Origin: Octopus bimaculoides | Taxonomy: Eukaryota | Length of the DNA stretch: 64,000 nucleotides | Assembly (NCBI RefSeq): GCF_001194135.2 | Contig: NC_068989.1 | Coordinates: 69,106,721 to 69,170,720 of the forward strand | Direction: 5' to 3' | Shown here: piece by piece, positions 1-10,959 of the stretch | How positions within the stretch are numbered: the first letter of the stretch is position 1 | Layout of the letters: every line of letters starts with the position of its first letter | Made by a program: the position numbers and the translations under genes | Notes under the pieces: model-generated | The model's database searches: none | What the model was told of the DNA's origin: nothing | What the model saw: only the letters and a program-made list of their open reading frames with translations

Positions 1-60
1 ATATATATATATATATATATCATCATCATCATCATCAACGTTGTTTAACATCCGCTTTCC

Positions 61-282
61 GGGAAAAGAACCAAGGTTCATGTTCATGAACTCATCGATG
101 AAAATCCACTGTCACATATTTGAAAATTGGTTATGAAACACGTGTAGTTGTTTTATTATCATTATCTTATGATATTTACTTTGTATTATATTATACTTAT
201 TTATTGTGCTTTTACTTATTAATTTTTCTATATGTGACATTGGATTTTCATCGAGGAGTTCATGAACCTTGGTTCTTTTCCC
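61..282. mobile_element. MITE-like fold-back: ~55-bp inverted repeats around an AT-rich spacer
   Basis: GGGAAAAGAACCAAGGTTCATG...GAAAATCCA.TGTCACATAT at 61-119 is mirrored at ~229-282; sits next to an RTE/SINE tail (CATCAT...TTTAACATCCGCTTTCC). Confidence 0.65.
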
Positions 283-429
283 TAAAACTATATATATATG
301 GAATTTATTGCATTTTTTAATTTTGGAATCTATTTTTTTCAAGATTTCTATTTTTGAATCATTTTTTAATCTATTTTGTTTTTTTCTAGTTAATTTTACT
401 TTGTTTTTGTTTATTTTCATATCATTAAA

Positions 430-903
430 ATGGAATGTCACGTTAAGAAAAACGAACATTTTCGATACCTCCTTCTTTTTGCTTTTAATCAAGGTTCTAA
501 AGCCATAAAAGCTATTCACAACATTTGTGCTGTGTATGGAGAGGGTGCCATAGCTGAAAGAACTGCTTGTGATTGGTATGCCAAGTTCAAAAATGGAAAT
601 TTTGATCTCAAAGACACACCTTGTTCTGGCCATCCAGTTGAGTGTGATGAAGAGCAATTAAACCAACTTTTGCATGAAAATTCTCATCAAACGACAAGGG
701 AACTGGCAGAGAAAATGGAATGCTCCCACACTGTTATAGAGAAGCATCATCACTCGATAGGAAAGTATGGAGCATAGGTTCGGCATGCTTTAAGTGACAA
801 TAACAAAAATCAATGAGCCACAATCTCCGCTGGTTTGCTTGCTTATCACCGCTCCACTCATGGTCACAACCAACAATTTCTTTACCGAATCGTTACTGGC
901 TGA
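430..903 (+). mobile_element. Mariner transposase 5' fragment (HTH domains), defective
   Basis: ORF 430-777 (HFRYLLLFAF..G..A..A..NIC.VYG...W..KFKNGNFDL.D...SG.P); continues frameshifted to RIVTG and stops just before the first catalytic D. Confidence 0.85.
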
Positions 904-3090
904 ACTATGTACCCTCACACAAAAGACTGCCACAATTGATGGACCAAAGTTGGCCACTACTGCCACCCATCACACCAACGCCATTCCTACTAATAAATAT
1001 GAGAGGCCTGCTACAGAACAACAGCAAATGCATAATTGCACACCTGAAGAATATTTCTGTGTGCAATCAAGCTATATGCATTGCACTTACAGAAACACAT
1101 CTATCTGAAGACATAAATGATGTGGAGATACACATACCAATGTATGCTATCTTCCGTACAGACAAGGAAAAGAAGTCACAGTGGAGTTGCAATGTACATT
1201 CACGAAGATGTCACACCATTAACCCTGTTATCAAACTCGAAGTCAGTGTGTGACACATTTGTAGTACATCTAAAGCAACTTGATATAATGATATGCACAC
1301 TATATCACCCACCTGATGCCTCAAATCATGATGTGGAAAATTTGTGGAAAGCCTCAGTGCGATAAAAGAAGTACTAACACAACTGAATCAACTTACTACT
1401 ATGTTCTTGATGGGTGACTTCAACTTCCCCAACATCAGGTCACCTGAGGGCAACATAACCCCAGGAATGACACATAAAGAATGAAATCAAGCAGAATCTT
1501 TACTTGATCTTTCGAAAATGCTATTCATGGAGCAGATCATACTCTCTCCAACCAGGCACAAAAATATCCTGGACCTCTGCTTCACAAACAATGTGGAAAT
1601 TATCCACAATATAAATATATCACTGACAATATTCTCAGACCATAACATTATAGAACTGACAATGTATGGCCCAGAGTTAACTAAAGATAAACTCCGCACA
1701 GATGGTGTTCAAACCCTATCCAGCCTAAATTTCTATAAATCACTTGAAAAACAAATGCTCCCGCAGGACTGGCTTAAAGGCCTCTCTATGCAAGACATAT
1801 ATATGAAACTCAATAAATTCATGTCAATAATGCAAACCATATGCATTAAATATGTCCCAGAGAAGAGAGCCAATACACACAAAAACATCATTCCCCGAGA
1901 CAAGAGAATACTCATGCGGCAGAGAATAAAGATCTTGAATCATTTAAACAAACACCTCAATGACAGTGTGAAATCCCACCTGACAGAGGAACTCTTCAAG
2001 ACTGAAAATAAACTCAAACTCACCCATGAAAAAGAAGGAGAATAAAGAGAAACCTGGGCAGTCAAAAATATAAAAACAAATCTTAAAGCCTTCTACACGT
2101 TGGCAAAGGAATCTGCCTCAGTACGCTATAAGATAGGGCCACTATTTGATAAAAATGGCTCACTAACTGCAGACCCAGGGAAGATAAGTGAAGCACTAAA
2201 CAAACAATTCCAAAGTGTTTTCACTTCTCCACTGGAAAATATGCAAATAAACAAACCTGATGAGTTTTTCAATGTAATAGATTTATTCAGAAAAGAGGCA
2301 ACCATCGATTACATCAACATAACAGAAGAGGATGTAATATCAGCCATTGATGAGATCAGATCAAACTTAGCAAGGAACCCAGATGGACTCCTGGCTATTA
2401 AAGACATGTAAAAAGGCTCTTGCAAAGCCACTGCAGATACACTTTCAGAGTTTCCTTGCATGTGGTAAGCTTCCCAACATGCTAAATGAGGGTATAATAT
2501 GCCCTGTCCATAAAGGAGGGAGCAGAGCAGATGCTAAAAACTACAAGCCCATCTCTCTGACCTCACATGTCAGCAAGTCAAAGGAATGCATTGTCAGAAA
2601 AAGGCTAATCACATTCCTAGAAGGAAACAACCTTCTCACAAACACGCAACATGGCTTCCGTCCAGGGAAGAGCTGCCTCACACAGCTGCTGCAACACTTT
2701 GACTGGGTATTGAAACAACAGCTAAACCAGTCAGCTGTAGACGTGATATACCTCGACTTTGCCAAGGCCTTCAACAAGGTTGATCATGGCATCATATGTC
2801 ACAAGTTGCGAAAACTTGGTGTTACTGGGAAACTGGGAAATTGGCTGCATGATTTTCTGAAGGATAGGAGTCAGACAGTTGTAGCCAATGGTGCTCACTC
2901 TGAAGAGACACTAATTCTCAGAGGAACACCACAGGGAACTGTACTGGGGCTACTGCTATTTGTGGTGGCCCTCTCAGACATGCCCTCTGCGCTACAGTCA
3001 GCCAATCTGACAAGTTATGCTGACGACACAAAAGTATCGCAGGCAGTTAGGAACCCAGAGGACATCATAAAACTGCAGAAAGATCTTGTT
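904..3090 (+). mobile_element. CR1-clade LINE ORF2 (APE endonuclease + RT), frameshifted and 3'-truncated
   Basis: APE motifs INMRGL, IALTETHL, GVAMYI, YHPP, MGDFNFP, ILDLCFTN, SDHNII; RT motifs KNYKPISLTS, QHGFRPGKSC, YLDFAKAF, PQGTVLG, YADD. Confidence 0.9.
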
Positions 3091-3220
3091 ACTTCACAAA
3101 AAACAATACTGGAAACAACACCAAATATCATGTTAAGCACAATAAAACAGCAAATTTTATTTGTATTCACTTATTTGCTATAATTTATTGTACTTAACAT
3201 GATACACATAAAATAAGTAT

Positions 3221-3550
3221 CCGAAAGTCCTCTCCCCACCCCAAGATTTTCCCTGCAAATTTCTTTATAACCGTAATGTATGACGTTTGAAAGGTATTTA
3301 TATAAAATCTTATTAAAAAAGAAAAGACCCATTTCCCAAACAGTTATGAGAAAAAAAACATCGGATCTTGTGAATTTTCCGAAATCCCCACACCCTCGGA
3401 AAAGATTTTACCCACAAATTTCTTTATAATCGTAATCTATGCTGTTTGAAAGGTATTTATATAAAATTTCATTTAAAAAGACCCATTTTCCTAAAAGTTA
3501 TGAGGGAAAAACTCGGATCTTGTGAATTTTCCGAAGTCCTTTCCCTACCT
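3221..3550 (+). repeat. Tandem duplication, ~155-bp unit x ~2.1
   Basis: Unit starts CCGAA at 3221, 3379 and 3531; shared AAATTTCTTTATAA.CGTAAT...TTTGAAAGGTATTTATATAAAAT...GACCCATTT...TCGGATCTTGTGAATTTTCCGAA. Confidence 0.75.
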
Positions 3551-4277
3551 TACCCGTTGCTCTCCGCGCATTCTTGTTTTTAATATTCGTCTTCTACACA
3601 TTTTTTTTACACCTATTAATNNNNNNNNNNNNNNNNNNNNNNNNNNNNNNNNNNNNNNNNNNNNNNNNNNNNNNNNNNNNNNNNNNNNNNNNNNNNNNNN
3701 NNNNNNNNNNNNNNNNNNNNNNNNNNNNNNNNNNNNNNNNNNNNNNNNNNNNNNNNNNNNNNNNNNNNNNNNNNNNNNNNNNNNNNNNNNNNNNNNNNNN
3801 NNNNNNNNNNNNNNNNNNNNNNNNNNNNNNNNNNNNNNNNNNNNNNNNNNNNNNNNNNNNNNNNNNNNNNNNNNNNNNNNNNNNNNNNNNNNNNNNNNNN
3901 NNNNNNNNNNNNNNNNNNNNNNNNNNNNNNNNNNNNNNNNNNNNNNNNNNNNNNNNNNNNNNNNNNNNNNNNNNNNNNNNNNNNNNNNNNNNNNNNNNNN
4001 NNNNNNNNNNNNNNNNNNNNNNNNNNNNNNNNNNNNNNNNNNNNNNNNNNNNNNNNNNNNNNNNNNNNNNNNNNNNNNNNNNNNNNNNNNNNNNNNNNNN
4101 NNNNNNNNNNNNNNNNNNNNNNNNNNNNNNNNNNNNNNNNNNNNNNNNNNNNNNNNNNNNNNNNNNNNNNNNNNNNNNNNNNNNNNNNNNNNNNNNNNNN
4201 NNNNNNNNNNNNNNNNNNNNNNNNNNNNNNNNNNNNNNNNNNNNNNNNNNNNNNNNNNNNNNNNNNNNNNNNNNNNN

Positions 4278-4495
4278 TGTGTGTGTGTGTGTGTGTTTGT
4301 CCCCCCCCCCCAACATCGCTTGACAACCGATGCTGGTGTGTTTACGTCCCCGTAACTTAGCGGTTTGGCAAAGGAAACCGACAGAATAGGTACTAGGCTT
4401 ACAAAGAATAAGTCCTGGGGTCGATTTGCTCGACTAAAGGCAGTGCTCCAGCATGGCCAGTCAAATGACTGAAACAAGTAAAAGAGTAAAGAGAG
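4278..4495 (+). mobile_element. Octopus-type tRNA-derived SINE family A, 3' half
   Basis: (TG)n-GTTTGTCCCCCC...CTTGACAACCGATGCTGG...AAATGACTGAAACAAGTAAAAGAG; recurs near 44040, 47480 and 57715. Confidence 0.8.
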
Positions 4496-5018
4496 TGAGT
4501 CGGAACACTACTGACGTTCTAGCGATTCTCGTAATTCACCGCCCTCTCGCAGCGAGCTTCTAAATTAGGATTTTTAAGCAGGTAGCTTTCCATCCTGAAA
4601 AGATGAAAGGGATAGTTTGGCCTCGGTAGGATTTGAACTCAGAAGGTTAAAAAAAGCCGGAAAAAAAATACAAGGTATTTTGCCCGACGTTTTAACGGTT
4701 CCACTAATTCACCACCGTATAACATAGCTAATAATTAACTTCTACGATACGATTTCATCCCACATTTGAATACATATCAGTTAGGTCGATGGTACTTCTG
4801 AGAAAAGCCTCCTTATTTCAACTCAAAATCAGTAGATGCTCTTTATTTCTATAAAAATAGAAAAGGAATAAAAAGCAAGAATATATTTCTGAATAAAATA
4901 TTTACGGAGTTAGTATATAGACTGTACCCTTAACAGTAAAACAAGTTTACCGTTTTGTCTATGTAATGTTTAACTTTATAAAAAATAAAAGAAAAAGAGC
5001 GAAAACTATCGACAATAC

Positions 5019-5139
5019 CTGGATCAGACGTCAGAAGGGGTTCAACATCAATTACTTTGATGTTTGGTAAAGCATTCTGCACTAAACTGTGGAGATGTTT
5101 AAATTCACTAAGAATATGAACAGCTGCAACACGAGACAT
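5019..5139 (-). CDS. Probable first coding exon of an unidentified gene (MSRVAAVHILSEFKHLHSLVQNALPNIKVIDVEPLLTSDP-G)
   Basis: AAACATG start context, CAG|GTATTG donor at 5017-5018 followed by T-rich intron-like sequence; non-repetitive and reads like a beta-alpha-beta N-terminus; loosely recalls 2-hydroxyacid dehydrogenase N-termini (unverified). Confidence 0.5.
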
Positions 5140-5507
5140 GTTTACTTCTCTAATAAGATACGGCTCTTCTATAAAACATAAACGTTATGTGAAACTGTTC
5201 TCAGAGCAACTTCCCTTTACTTCTTCACGCAAATAAACCGGTGTATGTGCGACTGTGTATGTATGAAAGTGTGTGTGGACTTGTGCGCGCAAGTGTATGG
5301 ATGTGTGTATGTGTGTACGCGCTAGGGCATGTATCCATGAGTGTGTGTGCATGTGTGGGTAATGGACATGGGGGTGTTATAAATCTACAGATTATTATTA
5401 TTATTATTATTATGGAAGCGACGAGCTGCCAGAATTATCAGCGCGCCGGGCAAAATGCTTAGTGGTATTTCGTCCGTCTGTACGTTCTAGGTTCAAATTC
5501 CGCCGAG

Positions 5508-6003
5508 GGTAGAGATGGACTATATGTAATCTGAACCTTTCCCCCCCTTATTTATTAATTTTTTTTACGGAATCCCACGTTTTAGGCTATGGAGATTCCG
5601 ATTCTGAAAAAAAAATTTTTGAAAAATTTCAATTCCCCCACCACCACCACCACCACCAAGCAGGCTATTTACATGCTAGAAATAACAGCCAAATCTCACA
5701 AAACTAGTGTTAGGGTTAAGTTTAGGGTTAGGGTTAGGGTTAGGGTCAGGGTTACGGTCAGGGTTAGGGTTAGGGTTAGGGTTTGAGTTAGGGTTAGGTT
5801 TACCCTGTGGATCTATATAAAANNNNNNNNNNNNNNNNNNNNNNNNNNNNNNNNNGGGGGGGGGGGTCGAAATTTTGAAATTGAGATTTTGGAAAAAATT
5901 TTTTCAGAATCGGAATCTCCATAGCCTAAAACGTGGGATTCCGTAAAAAAAACAAAATTTAAAAGGGGGGGTATACCCAGATTACATATACTCCATCTGC
6001 ACC
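5508..6003 (+). mobile_element. Non-autonomous DNA transposon (MITE) with internal (TTAGGG)n array, inserted in a SINE
   Basis: 26-bp TIRs (23/26 match), ~50-bp subterminal inverted repeats 5561-5615 / 5899-5950, 8-bp TSD CCGCCGAG at 5500-5507 and 6004-6011 splitting a family-B SINE. Confidence 0.9.
5710..5798 (+). repeat. Interstitial telomeric repeat (TTAGGG)n, ~14 partly variant units
   Basis: TTAGGG units with TCAGGG/TTACGG/TTTGAG variants. Confidence 0.95.
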
Positions 6004-6409
6004 CCGCCGAGTTCGACTTTACTTTTCATCCTTTCGGAGTCGATAAATTAAGTACCAGTGAAATATGGTAATCGACTAGTCCCCTCCCCACAAATTTCAG
6101 GCCTTGTGCTTTTAGTAGATAAGATTATTATGAAAATAGAGGCAGGGAGTTGGGTGAATTGTTAGAACGCAAGTCAAAATGCTTAGCGGCATTTCTTCCA
6201 ACCGTACATTTTGAGTTTAAAACCTACCGAGGTCGACTTTGCCTTCCTGAGTCGATAAAATAAGTACCAGTTCAACACTGGGGTTCATGTAATTGACTTA
6301 ACCCCACCCCCGAAATTGCTGGCCTTGTACCAAAATTTGAAACTATAATAATAATAATAATTATTATTATTATTATTATTATTATTGTTGTTGTTGTTGT
6401 TGTTGTTGG

Positions 6410-8090
6410 GAAGAGCGACAGGTCGACGACGGTAGCGGACTTTAGTTCACACCTGGATGGTCTGCTGCGGTTCTTGGCAGCAGACGCGAGCTTCTGCGAA
6501 AAGCCAATAATGGCCACTGAAATACGAGAGGCGATGAGCAATTGCACAAATCACAAATCACCAAGTTATGGATGGTTTGCCCTATGAATTCTATGTATTC
6601 ACGCCAGATTTGTTTGATGACCTCTTGGCAGATGTCTACTGCAAGTGGTAACAGAACAGCAGAATTCCTAGTGCTGTTAGCTGGGGTGTGGTGAGACTGC
6701 TGAGAAAGGATGCCAACAATGGGGACGTGCTTGGGAATTTTCTGCCCATGACTCTGCTAAACACAGAGTTTAAGACATTGGCCCAGGTTAGCGAATATGT
6801 GAGCGCTTGTCGTTGATAGTCTGGTCGGGGAAGCACAAACCTGCGCAATCCCAAACAGGTTTATCCACGACAACCTCCACCTTATGCAGTACATCATCGA
6901 AAGGGTTGGGACTAAAGCTGGCTTCAGTGAGGTCATGATCAATTTTGATCAGTCAAAAGCATTTGATAGGGTCGACCATTGCTACTTGGAAGCTGTTTTC
7001 GGACCCGTTTCCAGAAGCTGGATCACTGTAATGCACAGTGGTCAAAGTAAACAGCCATCTATCGGAACCGTTTGGCATCGCACGCTTGTTCCGTTAGGGC
7101 TGCCCGCTGTCACATCTGTACATGGTAGCTCTTGAGCTGCGGAAGTTGGAACAGTTGAGGGGCATCCTTTTTGAACTGGGACACAGGAAGGCAGTGTCAG
7201 TATACACGGACGACGTTAACGTCATGGTGTCGGATGCCACCGAAGTGGAGACGGTCAGCTCCATTCTAAAGGAATACAAGTCGGTTGCAAGGGCCAAAAT
7301 CAACACCGACTTGCACCTGCGTTAGCGATTGAGCACACGGAGAGGTAGAACGATACGGTCGGACACTGGGCTGATGGACCTGTTAAACTGCTCAGGGGCT
7401 GGTTCGGTCCCGACCTCCAGGTGGATAAGAACTGGGACAAGGTGGGGAACAGGGTGGCCAAGTCTTATCCAGAAATGAGCAGAGAGGAAGCTATCTTTGA
7501 AACCTCAAGTAGAGATGGCGAATGCCCATACCGCCTCCGTCATCATTTGTCTTGCCCCAGCTACCGTTTGATCAGGTTGGAGTGTCTCTTGTTTATTTTC
7601 TTGTGGAAGGCACGTGTTCCAAAAATCAGGCGATCAGTCTACTGCCAGCTACCACTGGGTGACGGCTTAAGCATGCTGTGGATTTTGATGCACAGACACG
7701 CACTCAGGTTGTGCCACCTGCAACGATTTCTAGACGGTAAACGTGTGTATGTTCTGTTCGTGAGGAACATCTTTCTGCTACTCATCTCTTTGACAGAGCT
7801 GCATTCCTGGGGCGCCTAGCACCGTGAATGTCAAGCGCTCACTGTTCTCTATCAGTCGGGCAATAGGATCGGTGGATATTTCACTTTAGCTCAATATATA
7901 GAGGAATAGTGGCGGAGAAGTGCAACGACGTCCTCAGGGAGACCGGACGAAGTTGAAAGGAATGAGGACAGAGACATTCCTCTTTGGTAGAGCCCTCATC
8001 GAAGTTTCACTTGAAAAAGAAAGCAAGGGTGGATAGGGAGATGCTGTCCTCGAGTAAATTTATTAAAAGGTGGGTGGAAGTTGTGAAAAT
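6410..8090 (+). mobile_element. Tx1/L1-clade LINE reverse transcriptase fragment, heavily decayed
   Basis: KSP-DGLPYEFY, LLNTEFK, HDNLHLMQYII, DQSKAFDRVDH, GCPLS, YTDDV spread across frameshifts. Confidence 0.85.
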
Positions 8091-8496
8091 GGTTAGTATG
8101 GATAGTACCGCTCTAAGTGTAGACCCGTGAGTCGGAGGAAAGGAATTGGAGAGGAAGTAGAAGCTTCAGCGAAGCAGTTCTTTGCGTTGGAAACAACAAC
8201 TTGTATCAGCATTGGATCAAAGAACTGGCTCAAAGGTGGTTTTAAATGGTGCAACGTGATGGCCTCTACTATGAATGCTAGGCTGCTTTTGTTGTTACGT
8301 GACGAATAAAGCAAATAAGTTACCAAAATATTGCAAAACTTGTGACTCAACACAATATTGATGTCGCAATTTATTTAAATACTAGAGTGTTATTCATCAT
8401 ATGACGGGTAATTTTGAAAGTATACTTTTGCCATTATGTGTAATACCAGAGAATGTGGCATACATACAATGATTATAATTTAACTGTAGTAACGCC

Positions 8497-8506
8497 TGCG
8501 CATGCG
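8497..8506. promoter_or_regulatory. NRF1-like palindrome TGCGCATGCG in a locally CpG-richer patch
   Basis: Sequence match to the GCGCATGCG motif; unique sequence at 8330-8670. Confidence 0.3.
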
Positions 8507-8677
8507 TAGAATTAAACAAGCAAGCGTTTCCCGCTCAATTCATTTCTCTTTCTCGCTGGCCAGCGATTGAGCATGGACGTGTGTTTAAGCTGTCTCTACA
8601 TCTTTCGGACTTACACTCGACAGCTCGCTCACATCTATAGAACAACGTCCCAGCACTATGCTCATACACACAGAAAC

Positions 8678-8960
8678 GGTGGAGATGGAGTATATGTAAT
8701 CTGGGTATACCCCCACTTTTAAATTTTGTTTTTTTTTACGGAATCCTATGTTTCAGACCATGGAGAATCCGATTCTGGAAAAAAATTTTCAAAAATCTCA
8801 ATTTCAAAATTTCGATTCCCCCCCCTCCCGGTTTTTATATAGATGCACAGGGTAAACCTAACCCTAACTCTCCATAGCCTAAAACGTGGGATTCCGTAAA
8901 AAAAAATTAATAAATAAGGGGGGGGGGAAAGGTTCAGATTACATATAGTCCATCTCTACC
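8678..8960 (-). mobile_element. Second, internally deleted copy of the telomere-repeat MITE
   Basis: Same TIRs in reverse orientation; flanking direct repeat CACAGAAAC at 8669-8677 and 8961-8969; only AACCTAACCCTAAC left of the array. Confidence 0.88.
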
Positions 8961-9559
8961 CACAGAAACGTTCCAACAAGTAAAGATGTTTATATATTTA
9001 CCATCTGAATAAATGTTGTTTGAGTTGTTTAGTCTGGAGTTCAGCGTTCCGTTATTCTTTAATTTTATATAGGAAAGTCAGGTATACAATCTAAAGATGT
9101 ATAACCCACTTTCCTATATAACTTTATTAAATTTTTTGCTTATGCAAAATAATGAACTGAAAACTAATTTTCAAAAGAAAGAAGTTTATTGCCTTAAGGT
9201 AAAAGTTAAATGAAACAAAACATTACCGTACATATACATTCTTAACACGCTCCTGCAGAACATGATTATGCTAATTCAGTGATTCCCCATCGGTGGGGCC
9301 TGGAAAAATTGTGGTGGACGTGGAATCCAGCATATTTTCTTCCTTTTTTTTTTTTTTTTTGTTGTTGTTGTTGTTTTTTAAGTGAGACATAGAATTGTGA
9401 AAATCTTTTTTTCACAGCAAACATACTACACCTATACTCAGCCTAACCAAACCAATCCCTCCAGCCAAGCATATTGTGTGAAAACTGCTACAATATAACG
9501 CTGTTCAAATGCCCTAGTGTGGATATTTCTTTAAGGAAAGCTTATAACTATGAAATATT

Positions 9560-9960
9560 ATTGAGACGTCACAGTCTGCGACTTTTTTGCTCCCTCCCAC
9601 ATCCTGGATGCTGCAATAAATGGGAGGGTCACTGCTTCCATAGCCAAATGAAACAAAATACTGAAGTATCAGGACCTGACAGTGAACTCTTTCTTCCAGC
9701 CTGTGACATTTGAGACGTTCGGAGGGACTGGGCAACTAACCGCGAAGTTCTTGTCATCGTTGACAGCTCGCCTCACCGATGTGTCAAGTGATGCCTGAGA
9801 GGGCGCTTGGCTTTTCCAATGCCCTTAGCTGCGCCGTCGTCCGTGGTAATGCCGCGAGCGTGCTGGCTTACTTCAGTAGGTTCTGTTGAACCTTGTAGTG
9901 TGCGACCGGTTGAAGTGCTTTGTACTGCATTGTTGTTGATGTTTTTTTTTTTTCTTTTTC
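9560..9960 (+). mobile_element. 3' end of a CRE-type (restriction-like endonuclease) non-LTR retrotransposon
   Basis: *DVTVCDFFAPSH...A..*NKILKYQDL...FQPVTFETFGG...AWLFQC/LSCAVVRGNAASVL, matching the WDVT..K..KY..P...ET.G..RGNAAS signature; stops and one frameshift. Confidence 0.75.
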
Positions 9961-10682
9961 CTCTTTCTTTCCCACAAATGGTTTCAATACAGTTTTAGCA
10001 GGTAAGATTTGAAAGAATTAGAAGAAAGTTCTCCAGTAATTTTCTTTCATGTAAATAAATGTTTATGTTAATTTACGAATTTGCCAGCCAAATGACAATG
10101 TTTTAAAACTTAAGGTTTTTTTTTCAACCATCGGTGGGGCATATATTTTTGTGGAAAGTCATAGTGGGACCTGAGGAAAATTAGATTGGGAAACATTATA
10201 CTAATTGCAAGCGTATTTTGTCTGTAAAGAACAACTTAATTCTCATTTGAATAACCCCTCTCTCTCTTCACCCTTGTTACTGTGTCTGTGTATATAGAGC
10301 AATCATTGCCTGCCACCTCTCATGTTAACTCTTTCTCTCTCTGTCTCTCTTATTCTCTCTCTCCACTTCTCTATATGAGTAAAGCGTTATAAGAGAAATC
10401 AACCAGCCAACTAATCAAAGTTTTATGTTATTTTTATCGAGAAATGATACAAATACTTTTGGAATCGTCCGAAATATTTCTGAAATAATAGTTTTTCGTT
10501 TTATTTTTCTTGGTATTTCAGATCTAAAATTTTATTGACCTCTGACAATCCCTTTAAGTGTATGTGGAGATTCTTTGTTAAGGTATAATAAGTTTGCTAC
10601 ACATTTGGTTTGCAGCTATTTGTGTAATTCCTATCAACTCTTTTTTGGATGCTTGTCTCCTCGAATATTGGATCGTGATACC

Positions 10683-10728
<46 letters not shown>

Positions 10729-10730
<2 letters not shown>

Positions 10731-10909
10731 GGCTGCGAGCTGACAGAATCGTTACCACCTTAGGCGAAATGCTTTGCAGCATTTTGTCTGCCGCTACGTT
10801 CTGAGTTAAAATTCCGCCGAGGTCGACTTTACCTTTCATTCTTTTGGGATCTATAAATTAAGTACCAGTAAAACACTGAGGTCGATGTAATCAACTAGTC
10901 CCCTCCCCA
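10729..10909 (+). mobile_element. tRNA-derived SINE family B preceded by (ATT)15
   Basis: GGC.GCGAGCTG.CAGAATCG...TTCTGAGTT.AAATTCCGCCGAGGTCGAC...AAGTACCAG; other copies near 5412, 6139, 12034, 15560(-), 52570(-) and 62420. Confidence 0.8.
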
Positions 10910-10959
10910 TTGCTCCGATCATCTGCATCAAATATTTCGGTCAAATCTGAAATCTCAAT

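Noticed and set aside
3522-4477. Long ORFs spanning N-runs (also around 16683-17267, 31957-32706 and 37079-38003)
   Set aside because: Artefacts of assembly gaps translated as X.
5710-5798. True chromosome end or telomere-fusion site
   Set aside because: Short, single-orientation array enclosed within TIRs and a TSD; no head-to-head TTAGGG/CCCTAA junction.
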